From assembly GCF_965227505.1 (NCBI RefSeq), contig NZ_OZ245757.1:3822376-3886375 (forward strand): a DNA stretch of 64,000 bases, given 5' to 3'. This stretch comes from Pelagibius sp. (lineage in GTDB: Bacteria > Pseudomonadota > Alphaproteobacteria > Kiloniellales > Kiloniellaceae). Both the position numbers and the translations under genes were made by a program. The notes beneath the pieces are model-generated. The model made no database searches. It was not told the DNA's origin and worked only from the letters and a program-made list of their open reading frames with translations. Numbering within the stretch: position 1 is the stretch's first letter; each line of letters opens with the position of its first letter. Below are positions 10,655-20,427 of the stretch, one piece after another.

Positions 10655-12139
10655 GTGAAGACATGGAAATCCCTGACGCTTTCTGCGGCGGCTCTGCTGG
10701 CTGCGGCGCTGCCGGCTGCACTCCCGCCCGTTGCCGCGGCCGATCCGCTGGCCGGGCTGGCACCGGTCGCCGACAGCGACTTTCATGACGATGGCCGGCC
10801 CGATGCCGCAAAGGTGCGTCTGGGCCGCTTCCTGTTCTTCGACAAGGTGCTGAGCGGCAACCGCAACATCGCCTGCGCGACCTGCCACCATCCGACCCTG
10901 GCCTCGGCCGACGGCGTATCGCTTTCGCTCGGAGAGGGTGCGCGGGGCCTGGGAACGAAGCGCCGCGAAGACCCCGAGACGCCGCTGCTCGGCCGTGTAC
11001 CGCGCAATGCCCCCGCTTTGCATTTCCTGGGCGCGCGGGAGTTTACCGCTCTCACCCACGACGGCCGGGTGGAGGTCGACCCCGCGCGCACCTGGCCCGG
11101 TGGCTTCTGGACCCCGGCGCGCGAGCAATTGCCCGAAGGGCTCGATAGTGCCCTGGCGGCCCAGGCCCTCTTTCCCGTGCTGTCGGACATCGAGATGGCG
11201 GGACACAAGGGCGAGAACGCGGTGGCCGATGCGGTGGCGCTGAACCGCCTCGGCGGCCAGGACGGCGCCTGGGCGATTCTGGCCCGGCGGTTGCAGAAGA
11301 TCCCCGAATACGTCGGGCTTTTCGTCGAGGCCTTCCCGGAGGTGGATCACGCCGACGATATCACGATCGTGCAGGCGGCCAATGCGATTGCCGCTTTCCA
11401 GGCCGCGGCCTTCCGGCCCGACGACAGCCCCTTCGACCGCTATCTGCGCAGCCGCGATCCTGAGGTGCTGTCACCGGCTGCGCGGCGCGGCATGGCGTTG
11501 TTTTACGGCGCTGCCGGTTGCGTCGCCTGCCACAGCGGCAAGTTCCAGACCGACCACCGCTTCCATGCCATTGCCATGCCGCAGATCGGTCCGGGCAAGA
11601 GCGACGGCTGGGACCGCTCCTACTGGCGGGCGACCGGCTATGCCGAACGGGTGGAAGACTTCGGCCGCTACCGCGTGACCTTTCGCCCGGAGGATCGTTA
11701 CCGCTTCCGCACACCCTCCCTGCGCAACGTGGAGCTGACCGGCCCCTGGGGTCATGCCGGCAGCTACGCCAGCCTGGAGGCGGTGGTGCGCCACCACCTC
11801 GACCCGGTGGGCTCCCTTGAACGCTATGACGCCGCGCAGGGCGGCCTTCCCGCCCTGCAAAGAGTGATCGAGCCCCGGGCCACGGGATCGCGCCTCAGCC
11901 ACGACGCGGTCAATCCGGCGCGCCTGGCCGACTACCTGCGCCGCGACAGTTGGGTTCAGGAGACCGCTGCGCTGCGCAGGGAACTGGCGGAGGCCAACGA
12001 ACTGCCGCCGCGCAGGCTGAGCGACGCAGAGGTTGACGACTTACTGGCTTTCCTTGGGGCACTCACCGACCCGCGCAGCCGCGACCAGGCCGCGCTTGTG
12101 CCCAGGCGCGTGCCCAGCGGCCTTTCGGTCCCCGACTGA
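10655..12139 (+). CDS. Periplasmic di-heme cytochrome c peroxidase/MauG-superfamily protein
   Basis: Signal peptide; LGRFLFFDKVLSGNRNIACATCHHP (heme 1), RNAP, GCVACHSG (heme 2), FRTPSLRNVELTGPWGH. Start uncertain (GTG 10655 chosen; the ORF is open from 10562). Confidence 0.88.
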   Translation: MKTWKSLTLSAAALLAAALPAALPPVAAADPLAGLAPVADSDFHDDGRPDAAKVRLGRFLFFDKVLSGNRNIACATCHHPTLASADGVSLSLGEGARGLGTKRREDPETPLLGRVPRNAPALHFLGAREFTALTHDGRVEVDPARTWPGGFWTPAREQLPEGLDSALAAQALFPVLSDIEMAGHKGENAVADAVALNRLGGQDGAWAILARRLQKIPEYVGLFVEAFPEVDHADDITIVQAANAIAAFQAAAFRPDDSPFDRYLRSRDPEVLSPAARRGMALFYGAAGCVACHSGKFQTDHRFHAIAMPQIGPGKSDGWDRSYWRATGYAERVEDFGRYRVTFRPEDRYRFRTPSLRNVELTGPWGHAGSYASLEAVVRHHLDPVGSLERYDAAQGGLPALQRVIEPRATGSRLSHDAVNPARLADYLRRDSWVQETAALRRELAEANELPPRRLSDAEVDDLLAFLGALTDPRSRDQAALVPRRVPSGLSVPD

Positions 12140-12219
12140 GCATTGAGAGGACTGAACGCAAAACTGTTGCCGCTCGTATCCCGCCGCATTCTTTGGACCC
12201 TTTTCAGGAGACGTGATCT

Positions 12220-12957
12220 ATGTCCGTAAAATCTCTTCTTATGACCACCTCGGCCCTTGTGGTGCTGGCGGCCTCCGCAGCGGTTGCCGACAGCAGCGGA
12301 GAGCCGAGCACCCAGGTTGCCTACGACGCCCCGGTCGCGCTGGAGTTCAATTTCAAGCTCCATGTCGAGGACAATCTGGCCGAGCAGGATGTGCTGATCG
12401 AACGCGAGCCCGGCTCCGGCAGGCTCTATCGCCCGACCGCCGGCGACCGGGACCTGAGCCTTCCGCTCTATGCCGCCGCGGAACCGCTGGAGCATCAGCC
12501 CTTCGACGAGACCGCCAATGGTCCCTGGCCCAAGGGCCGTGCCCTGGGCATCACCCTCGGCGACTGGCTGAGCGCCAAGGGTGAGGCAAGCTACAGCTGC
12601 GCGAACGGCGAGGGCAGCCTGACTGCCGACTTCACCGGCCTTGTGCCGGACGGCGTCTACACCATGTGGCATTTCTTCATGGCATCGCCGCCGACCGAGC
12701 CTTTCATCGGTACCCACGATCTCCCGATCGGCACGCGCGACGGCGCCCAGTCGGTCTTCACCGCAGACAAGTCGGGCAAGGCCCGCTTCGAAGCCGCTTT
12801 CAAGCCCTGCCTGCAGCTGACCGGCGAGCATCTGGCGGCCGGGCTGGCCATCGCCTGGCACAGCGACGGGCAGACCTACGGCGCGCTGCCGGGCGACTTT
12901 GCGACGGTGTCCCACGTTCACCTCTACGCCGGCCTGCCCAAGCGCAGCGGGCTCTAA
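12220..12957 (+). CDS. Secreted hypothetical protein
   Basis: Signal peptide (SALVVLAASAAVA), RBS CAGGAG, GC3-biased codons; two Cys and several His (MWHF, AWHSDG, SHVHLY). Confidence 0.85.
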   Translation: MSVKSLLMTTSALVVLAASAAVADSSGEPSTQVAYDAPVALEFNFKLHVEDNLAEQDVLIEREPGSGRLYRPTAGDRDLSLPLYAAAEPLEHQPFDETANGPWPKGRALGITLGDWLSAKGEASYSCANGEGSLTADFTGLVPDGVYTMWHFFMASPPTEPFIGTHDLPIGTRDGAQSVFTADKSGKARFEAAFKPCLQLTGEHLAAGLAIAWHSDGQTYGALPGDFATVSHVHLYAGLPKRSGL

Positions 12958-12989
12958 GAAGCCACCATAACTCGGGGTGGAGGCAGTGC

Positions 12990-13015
12990 AGGGCCGGCGC
13001 AGACGCGCCGGCCCT
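12990..13015. terminator. Hairpin between convergent genes
   Basis: AGGGCCGGCGC-AGAC-GCGCCGGCCCT, 11-bp perfect stem. Confidence 0.65.
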
Positions 13016-13035
13016 CGCTGTGTGAGGATAGGGCG

Positions 13036-13395
13036 TCAGTTGACGATGTTGTAGAGCGCGCGGGCGATTTCGCCTTCCAGCGGGAAGGACAGCATCCCCA
13101 TGACCGAGTATCCCAGCAGCCAGGGCATCAGGTAGAAGCGGATCATGAAGAAGAACCAGGCGACGTAGAGCGGCACCAGGGGTTCCAGCAGAAAGCCCGG
13201 CGTGATCGGCCGGAAGACTCGGATGATGGGATTGGTCCCCTTCACGAAGACCTTCATGAAAAAGAAGTTCGAGTCTTCCGGCAGGAAGAGGTTCATGGCG
13301 ACGCGGCCGATGAGCGTCCACATGATCACGCCCATCAGATAGTCGAACACGATGACCCAGATGGGAAAGACGGCAAGCGGGTCGGTTATCGTCAC
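13036..13395 (-). CDS. Small membrane protein (YggT-like)
   Basis: 119 aa hydrophobic; TNPIIRVFRPITP resembles the YggT D/TPxxxxxR pattern. Confidence 0.65.
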   Translation of the reverse strand: MTITDPLAVFPIWVIVFDYLMGVIMWTLIGRVAMNLFLPEDSNFFFMKVFVKGTNPIIRVFRPITPGFLLEPLVPLYVAWFFFMIRFYLMPWLLGYSVMGMLSFPLEGEIARALYNIVN

Positions 13396-13410
13396 CTGTT
13401 TGCGGGTCCT

Positions 13411-13444
13411 GAATAAAAAGGGTGGCGGAGAAACTCCGCCACCC
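13411..13444 (-). terminator. Rho-independent terminator after the symporter
   Basis: GGGTGGCGGAG-AAA-CTCCGCCACCC stem; the minus strand continues CTTTTTATTC. Confidence 0.8.
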
Positions 13445-13472
13445 CAGTCTACACGCTTTTGCTTGTTTCAGA

Positions 13473-15287
13473 TCAGTGCTTGGCACCGAGGATCGTTTCG
13501 CCCGAAGGAATACGAACCTCGTCCACCATGTCCTGCACTTCCTGGCTTGGCGCCGGGGTCATCAGGCTGACCACGACCATCGCCACCAGGCTGACCGGCA
13601 TGCCGATGATGCCGAAGCGCAGGTGGTCGATGCCCATCCAGGGCGTGCCGCCGTTGTACACGTAGTACAGATAGGCGGAGCCGGCGACGAAGCCGCAGAC
13701 CATGCCTGCAATCGCCCCCTGGGTGTTGGCCCGTTTCCACCAGACCCCCAGCACCAGCGGGAAGAACAGGCCGGAGCAGGCGAAGCAGAAGGCCCAGGCC
13801 ACCGCACCGAGAATACCCGTGAGCTGCAGGCTGGCGATCAACGCGGCGGCCGCGCCGATCACGATGAGCAGCACGCGGGCGACGATGAGCCGATGCTTGG
13901 TGTCCGCCTTCGGGTCGATGATCTTGTAGTAAAGATCGTGGCTCAGCGCGTTGGCGATGGCCAGCAGCAGCCCGTCGGCCGTCGACATGGCTGCGGCCAG
14001 ACCGCCGGCAGCCACCAGGCCCGAGATCACATACGGCAGGCCGGCGATTTCCGGGGTCGCCAGGACGACGATATCCGGCCGCATGAAGAACTCGTTGAGC
14101 TGGACGATGCCGTCGCCGTTGCTGTCCGTCAGGAACAGCATCTCCACGCTTTCCCAGTTCTGCACCCAGGCGAGGTTCTTCACCGCTTCGAAGGACTGTC
14201 CGATGACCGCCGTCGGCAGGGTCGGGTCCAGCAGCTGCAGCTTGGTCAGCGTGGCCAGGGCCGGCGCCGTGAAGTACAGCAGGAAGATGAAGAACAGCGA
14301 ATAGGCGACAGACCTGCGCGCGTCCCGCACCGACGGTGTGGTGAAGTAGCGCATCAGGATGTGCGGCAGCGAGGCGGTGCCCGCCATCATGCAAAGCGCC
14401 AGGGTGACGAACTTCCAGGAGTCCATGCCGCCCTGCGGGTCGTTGTGCGGTGTCGAGAGGATTCTCACGCCGCCGTATGGCGCGCTTTCCGTTGCCGCCG
14501 TTCCCAGCCCGACCAGGGGCTCCAGCTCCTGGATGCGGGCCACCGCATCGCCGTAGGAGAAATGGGGAATGAGGCCGAAGTCCTGCTTGTTCGACATCCA
14601 GATGACCGGCACCAGGTAGGCGATGATGAGGACGATGTACTGAGCCACCTGGGTCCAGGTCACCGCCCGCATGCCGCCGAGCATGGAGCACAGCAGGATG
14701 CCGACCAGGCCGATCCAGACGCCGAACTCGAAGGGAATGTGCAGCGCGCGCGCCGCGATGGTTCCCGAGGCGTTGATCTGCGCCGTCACGTAGGTGAAGG
14801 ATGTGACGACCAGGATCACAACGGCGCAGAAGCGCGCGACGTTGCCGCCGTAACGCGTTCCGATGAAATCCGGCACCGTGTAGCAGCCGAACTTGCGCAG
14901 GTAGGGCGCCATCAGCGAGTTGACCAGCACGTAGCCGCCTGTCCAGCCGACGATGAAGCCCAGATAGCCGTAGCCGCCGAAGTAGATGCCGCCGGCCAGC
15001 GCCACGAAGGAGGCGCCGGACATCCAGTCCGCCGCCGTTGCCATGCCGTTGTAGACCGCCGGCACTTCGCGTCCGGCAACGTAGTAGGCCTCGACCTGCA
15101 TGGTCCGCGACAGCCAGCCGATCAAGGCATAGATTGCCACGGTGAAGGCGACGAAGAGGATGCCGATGGTGTCGGCACCGACACCCATCTGCTCCAAGAT
15201 CGCCATCAGAATGATGAAGACGAGGAACCCGCCGGTGTACATCGCGTACACACGGCCGAGGTTTTCGATGAAGCTCCCTTTGATCAT
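13473..15287 (-). CDS. Sodium:solute symporter (ActP-like)
   Basis: YYVAGREVPAVYNGMATAADWMSGASF, GWTGGY, LRKFGCYTVPDFIG, GTASLPHILMRYFT, GGLAAAMSTADGLLL. Confidence 0.92.
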   Translation of the reverse strand: MIKGSFIENLGRVYAMYTGGFLVFIILMAILEQMGVGADTIGILFVAFTVAIYALIGWLSRTMQVEAYYVAGREVPAVYNGMATAADWMSGASFVALAGGIYFGGYGYLGFIVGWTGGYVLVNSLMAPYLRKFGCYTVPDFIGTRYGGNVARFCAVVILVVTSFTYVTAQINASGTIAARALHIPFEFGVWIGLVGILLCSMLGGMRAVTWTQVAQYIVLIIAYLVPVIWMSNKQDFGLIPHFSYGDAVARIQELEPLVGLGTAATESAPYGGVRILSTPHNDPQGGMDSWKFVTLALCMMAGTASLPHILMRYFTTPSVRDARRSVAYSLFFIFLLYFTAPALATLTKLQLLDPTLPTAVIGQSFEAVKNLAWVQNWESVEMLFLTDSNGDGIVQLNEFFMRPDIVVLATPEIAGLPYVISGLVAAGGLAAAMSTADGLLLAIANALSHDLYYKIIDPKADTKHRLIVARVLLIVIGAAAALIASLQLTGILGAVAWAFCFACSGLFFPLVLGVWWKRANTQGAIAGMVCGFVAGSAYLYYVYNGGTPWMGIDHLRFGIIGMPVSLVAMVVVSLMTPAPSQEVQDMVDEVRIPSGETILGAKH

Positions 15288-15299
15288 GTTGGCCGCCCC

Positions 15300-15611
15300 C
15301 TATTCGTCGCCGACGCCGGCTTCGTCGTCGATGGCGTCCTGCCGCCAGTTCTGGAAGAAAATCAGAACGACGAAGACGAGCAGCGAACCCTGGACGATCA
15401 GGTAGTAGCCCAGCGGAAAGCCCAGGAAGGAGATTTCATTCAGGGCCTTGGCGTTCCAAGGAAGGATGAAGGCAAAGATCGCCCAGACAACCAAAACGCC
15501 GATCGTCAGGTTGCGGGTTCTAGCCCAATGACGCTCCTTTGCTTCCTTGCCAATCCCGGGCGCTGATGTCCCCCCAGCGCCGGGGTCTCTTGTGGCTTCA
15601 GACATTGTCAT
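15300..15611 (-). CDS. DUF4212-type small symporter accessory membrane protein
   Basis: HWARTRNLT...FLGFPLGYYLIVQGSLLVFV...QDAID pattern, directly upstream of the SSS gene. Confidence 0.85.
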   Translation of the reverse strand: MTMSEATRDPGAGGTSAPGIGKEAKERHWARTRNLTIGVLVVWAIFAFILPWNAKALNEISFLGFPLGYYLIVQGSLLVFVVLIFFQNWRQDAIDDEAGVGDE

Positions 15612-15795
15612 TCCCCCAGATGTTTTTTTCGAAAATGCCCCAGTACTTCAACATGGTTGGCGAAGGTTCGCGAGTAGACCATGATTGTACTGGATTGAAA
15701 ACCTTAGTAGTAGCGATTATGACGTTTTCATGCTGTACAACAATCGAATCGATTAGCGTTTCGCTGCAGGTCTACGTGAATCCGCGGGCGAGCGG

Positions 15796-16467
15796 GTGAT
15801 GCAACCTTTGCGTAAAGCCTGGGCGTTTCTGCCCGAGTTCCTGGCGCGTCTGACCGTGCGGCGCGATTCGGGGCCCATCGATTCGACCGATGCGCTCTGC
15901 AGCTTCGTGGCGACGCGCGCGGCCTTCATTGCCCAGAAAACCCTCTACGGCTACCTGAAGGCCCGCATGGGCACACGCTATCCGAGCATGTTCGAAGACG
16001 ATGTCTTCGCGTCGTCGATCGATATCGCCAAAATGCATGTCTTTGCCGCTTGCCTGTCCGATCTGACCCTCTTTGCGGTTTCCCATGCGCTGCAGGACGA
16101 GACTGTCGACGATGTTCTGCGGCGCGAACTGGCACTGCACTGCTTTCGCAAGGGTTTGGCCGATAACGAAGCAGCCGCGCTCAGCACCTCCGCCTTCTCT
16201 TTGCCGGAGGCCGTGGCGGCCTTTGAACGGCGCCTCGCCTTCCACGATTGGCACGACGGTCCGCGCGGCCCGGCGCTGTTCACCGCCAGCCCCGCTGCGC
16301 TGTTCGATTGGGCCCCGATTGCCCCTGCATTGAAGAAGCACGACAAGGAAATCGTCGAGAACTCCATCAAGTTCAAATGGCGGGATATCCGGGACCGCTT
16401 CGAAAAACGCATCCAGGGGGCCGCCGTGGCCGCCGATCTAACCAGCGTTGCCGAATTGCGCCATTGA
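15796..16467 (+). CDS. Conserved hypothetical protein
   Basis: 223 aa, typical codon bias (FVATRAAFIAQKTLYGYLKARMGTRYP); no function assignable. Confidence 0.7.
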   Translation: MMQPLRKAWAFLPEFLARLTVRRDSGPIDSTDALCSFVATRAAFIAQKTLYGYLKARMGTRYPSMFEDDVFASSIDIAKMHVFAACLSDLTLFAVSHALQDETVDDVLRRELALHCFRKGLADNEAAALSTSAFSLPEAVAAFERRLAFHDWHDGPRGPALFTASPAALFDWAPIAPALKKHDKEIVENSIKFKWRDIRDRFEKRIQGAAVAADLTSVAELRH

Positions 16468-16533
16468 TTCTGATCAAGTCCCGCGACGCCGCAATGAGGT
16501 CTAGTGTCGCACCGCGGGAAGGGAGTCGAGTGC

Positions 16534-18696
16534 ATGAGTTTCCAGGGGGCCGAGGCCAGTCTCTCCGGGCTGCCGCTGCGGGCGGTTCCGGCGGTCGTGC
16601 TCGATACAGAAACCACCGGGCTGGACGTCGTCCACGACCATGTCATTGAAATCGGCGGCGTGCGCCTGTCCGGCGGACGGATCGCGGAGGGCGATACCCA
16701 CAGCGTTCTGGTCAATCCTGGTATTCCGATCCCCGGTGATTCGACAGCCATTCATGGCATAACGGATGCCGACGTCGCCTCCGCCGCCAGCTTCGACGAT
16801 GCGATGGCTGGTTTCGTCGACTGGGCCGGGCCATCGGTTGTGATCGGCTATTCCATCGGCTTCGATCTCGCGATCCTCAAGGCCGAGCACGAGCGCAACG
16901 GGCTCGACTGGCAGACGCCCCGCAGCCTCGACGTGCGCCACCTGCTCCATCTGGTCGGCGCCAACCTTCCCAGCCAGTCGCTGGAGACCGTGGCGGGCTG
17001 GCTTGGACTGGCGACCAACAACCGTCACCGGGCCCTGGGGGATGCGATTCTCACAGCCGAGATTTTTCTGGCCCTCGTCCCCAAGCTCGCGGAAGCCGGC
17101 GTTACGACCCTCGCCCAGGCGGAGCGCGCCTGCCGGGCGCTCACCGAGCGTCTCGACGAGGAGGCGCGGGCCGGATGGCAGGGCTTCGATCAACTGGGCC
17201 AGGCGGTTGCCCCCAGCGTGGCGGAGTACGCCCGCGTCGACAGCTTTCCCTACCGCCACAAGGTCGCGGATCTGATGAACAGCCCGCCGCTCACCATTGC
17301 CGGCGACGCGCCGCTGCAGGAGGCGCTGGGCGTCATGGCCGGCAAGAAGGTGAGTTCCCTGTTTCTGCCGCCTCGGGCGGACGCCACCGCCGAGGATGGC
17401 TGGGGCATCATCACCGAACGCGACGTGCTGCGGGCGGTCGACGCTTTGGGCGGTGCGGCGCTGCAGTGGCCGGTGGCGGAGTTCGCAGCGCGCCCCCTGG
17501 TCACCATAAAGGCGGAGGAGTTTGTCTACCGCGCCCTTGCGCGCATGTCGGGCGGCGGCTTTCGCCACCTGGGGGTGACGGATGCGGAGGGCGCGCTGGT
17601 GGGCGCGCTCAGTGCCCGCGACCTCCTGCGCCAGCGGGCGAGCGACGCCGTCTCGCTGGGCGACTGCATCGAGCAGGCGGAAACAGCGGCGGAACTGGGC
17701 CGCATCTGGGCGGACCTCACGGTGGTGGCGCGGGCGCTGGTCCACGAGGATGTGGACAGCCGCGACGTTGCGGCCATCGTTTCGCGCGAGCTGCGCGCGC
17801 TCACGCGCCGCGCCTGCGAGTTTGCGGAGGCGGAGCTGGAAGCGTCGGAGATGGGGCCCGCGCCGCTGCCCTATGCGATGATGGTCCTCGGCTCCGGCGG
17901 GCGCGGCGAGAGTCTTCTGGCCATGGACCAGGACAACGCCATCGTGTTCGCCGGCGACGATGCGGCCTCCGCCGCGGAGCGGAACGGGCGGGACGTCGAC
18001 CCCTGGTTCGCCGCGCTGGGCCAGCGCACCGCCGATATCCTGAACGATGCCGGCGTCTGCTACTGCAAGGGCGGTGTCATGGCCGCCAACGCCGAGTGGC
18101 GTATGGATCTCGCCGGCTGGCGCGACACCGTCGGCACCTGGATCACGCGCTCCAAGCCGGAAGACATGCTGAACTGCGACATCTTCTTCGACGCCGTTCC
18201 GGTCCATGGCGCAAGCGAACTGGCCGAGCGCCTTCATGAAGAGGCGCTGGAGGCGGCCAAGGGCTCGCGATCTTTCCTGCGGCTGCTGGCGCTGAAATCC
18301 GGCCAGCTGGAGGCCCCGGTCGGCTGGTTCGGCCGGCTGAAGCTGGACCACGGCCGCGTCGATCTGAAGAAGGGCGGCATCATGCCGATCTTCTCTGCCG
18401 CCCGGGTGATCGCCCTGCAGCACGGCATCGCCAAGCGCTCGACGCCGGAGCGGCTGGAGGCGGCCCGCAGCCTCGACCTCGTCCCGGCCCGCACCATCGA
18501 CAATCTGATCGAAGCGCACCGCATCCTGCTCGATCTCATTCTGCGCCAGCAACTGCGCGACATCGACCAGGGTCTGCCGCTTTCCAACCGTGTGGCGCCC
18601 GGGGAACTGACCGCCTTTCAGCGCCAGGAGATGCGCTGGGCTTTGGACCAGGTGCCGGCCATCGCGGACCTGCTGGGCATTCCCGCCTTCGCCTGA
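16534..18696 (+). CDS. Fusion: DEDDh 3'-5' exonuclease + CBS pair + DUF294 nucleotidyltransferase-like domains
   Basis: ExoI VLDTETTGLD, ExoII GFDLAIL, ExoIII HRALGDA; CBS (WGIITERDVL, GFRHLGV, VGALSARDLL); NTase GSGGRGESLLAMDQDNA; C-terminal VDLKKGGIMPI...STPERL. Confidence 0.88.
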   Translation: MSFQGAEASLSGLPLRAVPAVVLDTETTGLDVVHDHVIEIGGVRLSGGRIAEGDTHSVLVNPGIPIPGDSTAIHGITDADVASAASFDDAMAGFVDWAGPSVVIGYSIGFDLAILKAEHERNGLDWQTPRSLDVRHLLHLVGANLPSQSLETVAGWLGLATNNRHRALGDAILTAEIFLALVPKLAEAGVTTLAQAERACRALTERLDEEARAGWQGFDQLGQAVAPSVAEYARVDSFPYRHKVADLMNSPPLTIAGDAPLQEALGVMAGKKVSSLFLPPRADATAEDGWGIITERDVLRAVDALGGAALQWPVAEFAARPLVTIKAEEFVYRALARMSGGGFRHLGVTDAEGALVGALSARDLLRQRASDAVSLGDCIEQAETAAELGRIWADLTVVARALVHEDVDSRDVAAIVSRELRALTRRACEFAEAELEASEMGPAPLPYAMMVLGSGGRGESLLAMDQDNAIVFAGDDAASAAERNGRDVDPWFAALGQRTADILNDAGVCYCKGGVMAANAEWRMDLAGWRDTVGTWITRSKPEDMLNCDIFFDAVPVHGASELAERLHEEALEAAKGSRSFLRLLALKSGQLEAPVGWFGRLKLDHGRVDLKKGGIMPIFSAARVIALQHGIAKRSTPERLEAARSLDLVPARTIDNLIEAHRILLDLILRQQLRDIDQGLPLSNRVAPGELTAFQRQEMRWALDQVPAIADLLGIPAFA

Positions 18697-18824
18697 ATCC
18701 GGCTCACCCGTCTCTTGGGTTTGCGTTTCGCGGCCCGCCTCCTATCTTACAGGCCAAGCAATCCTTCGGGCATGCAGCCCAAACGGCGGCCCGTCACACG
18801 ATACAGACTGAAGGGGAGGCCTCT

Positions 18825-19265
18825 TTGCGCTACCTGCACACCATGGTTCGGGTGAAAGACCTGGACGCATCGCTGAACTTCTACTGCAACCTGCTGGGCC
18901 TGAAAGAGGTGCGCCGCTACGACAGCGAGAAGGGCCGCTTCACGCTGGTCTTCCTGGCCGCGCCGGAAGACGAGGGCCGCGCCAAGGAGGAAAAGGCCCC
19001 CTTGGTGGAGCTTACCTACAACTGGGATCCGGAGGACTACCAGGGCGGGCGCAACTTCGGCCACCTCGCCTATCTCGTCGACGACATCTATGGCCTCTGC
19101 CAGAAGCTGCACGACGGCGGCGTGACGATCAACCGCCCGCCGCGCGACGGCCACATGGCCTTCGTGCGTTCGCCGGACGGCATTTCGGTCGAACTCCTGC
19201 AGAAGGGCGACTCCCTGGCGCCGCAGGAGCCCTGGTCCTCCATGGAGAACACCGGCAGCTGGTAG
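18825..19265 (+). CDS. gloA: Lactoylglutathione lyase (glyoxalase I)
   Basis: MRYLHTMVRV, FTLVFL, VELTYNWD, GRNFGHLA, FVRSPDGISVELLQ; TTG start after GGGGAGG. Confidence 0.9.
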   Translation: MRYLHTMVRVKDLDASLNFYCNLLGLKEVRRYDSEKGRFTLVFLAAPEDEGRAKEEKAPLVELTYNWDPEDYQGGRNFGHLAYLVDDIYGLCQKLHDGGVTINRPPRDGHMAFVRSPDGISVELLQKGDSLAPQEPWSSMENTGSW

Positions 19266-19279
19266 GGGTCCGTCCCTCA

Positions 19280-20425
19280 ATGGGCCTGCGATCGGCCAAA
19301 GCGCTTCTGGCTTTGCGCAGCATCGCGTTCGCCTGTGCTGCAGCAGCCTGTCTGGCGGCGCAGGCCCAGGGGGCGGACTGCGATCAGCCGGACCCGGTCT
19401 GCGATGCCCGCGCCGCCGTCTTCGCGATTTCCGCCTTCGATCCCGTCGGCTCGGCGGTGCGCATCGGCCCGGACCGTTTGGTCACCGCCCGCCACGTGGT
19501 TGCCGACCAGCCTGAGGCGACGCTCTTCCTGGCCGACGGGACGCCCCTGACCGCCACGGTCGTGCCCAGCGGCTATGCTGCCGACCTGGTGTTCCTTACG
19601 GTCGAAGGCCTGCCGGAAGGGCCGGCCTTGGAGCCGACGGAAGCTCGCGCGGGGGTCGACTTCTTCACCATCGGGGCCGACGTCGGCCGGCAGCGGATCC
19701 GCGCGTACGACCCCGGCCAGGCACGGGCCCTGCCGGCGGCGGAGCATCCTCTCGCCCGCCTGCATCACGATGCCTACAGCCAGCCGGGCAACAGCGGCGG
19801 CGCGCTGGTCGATGCCGAGGGGCGGCTGGTCGGCATTGTCGCCTCCGGTGGGGAAGGGCGCTTCGAAGCGGTTCCCTCTGCCGCCTTGGCGGTACTGGAG
19901 TCCAAAAGCGGCGCCGGCTTCGCCGAAGAAAGTGCCGAACTCGGCGCTGCGGTGCGCGTCTGCACGACGCTGATCGAAGAGCGTCAGGCGCGACCAGGCC
20001 GGTTGCAGGATCAGGAAGCCAAGGCGATCGCGACCTCCTGCGGCCGGGCCGGCAACCGCCAGCTTCTGGATCTGGCCGGCCAGACCCTGGGGCGCGGCGG
20101 TGCCGCTGCGATGGCGGTGCCTCTCTTTGAGCGCGCCCTGGCGGAGGACCCCAATGCGATCAACACCCGCCTCGGCTTGGTCGTCACCCACCATCTGCTG
20201 CGCGACTACGAAGCCGAGTTGCCGCATCTGCATTGGCTGATGGAACACGCCGGAGAGGACCTTCAGGTCCTGCGTTTTGCGATCCAGGCCGGCACCTGGG
20301 GCGGCGATCCGGCCCTGGCGGCCGAGGCGCTGGCGCGCCTGAAGCGGGTCAACCCGCAGACGGCCCCGGCGGCGGAGCGCTTCATGGCGCAGCCGCCGCC
20401 GCGTCCCCCGAAGCTCGGAAACTGA
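19280..20425 (+). CDS. Secreted trypsin-like (S1) serine protease with C-terminal TPR-like helices
   Basis: Signal peptide; triad LVTARHVV, ADLVFL, QPGNSGGALV; helical repeat (AVPLFERALAEDPNAINTRLGL). Confidence 0.8.
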   Translation: MGLRSAKALLALRSIAFACAAAACLAAQAQGADCDQPDPVCDARAAVFAISAFDPVGSAVRIGPDRLVTARHVVADQPEATLFLADGTPLTATVVPSGYAADLVFLTVEGLPEGPALEPTEARAGVDFFTIGADVGRQRIRAYDPGQARALPAAEHPLARLHHDAYSQPGNSGGALVDAEGRLVGIVASGGEGRFEAVPSAALAVLESKSGAGFAEESAELGAAVRVCTTLIEERQARPGRLQDQEAKAIATSCGRAGNRQLLDLAGQTLGRGGAAAMAVPLFERALAEDPNAINTRLGLVVTHHLLRDYEAELPHLHWLMEHAGEDLQVLRFAIQAGTWGGDPALAAEALARLKRVNPQTAPAAERFMAQPPPRPPKLGN

Positions 20426-20427
20426 TT

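Noticed and set aside
15612-15795. Weak CATG(A/C)T(T)GTAC repeat in the AT-rich symporter promoter region
   Set aside because: Too short and imperfect to distinguish from chance.
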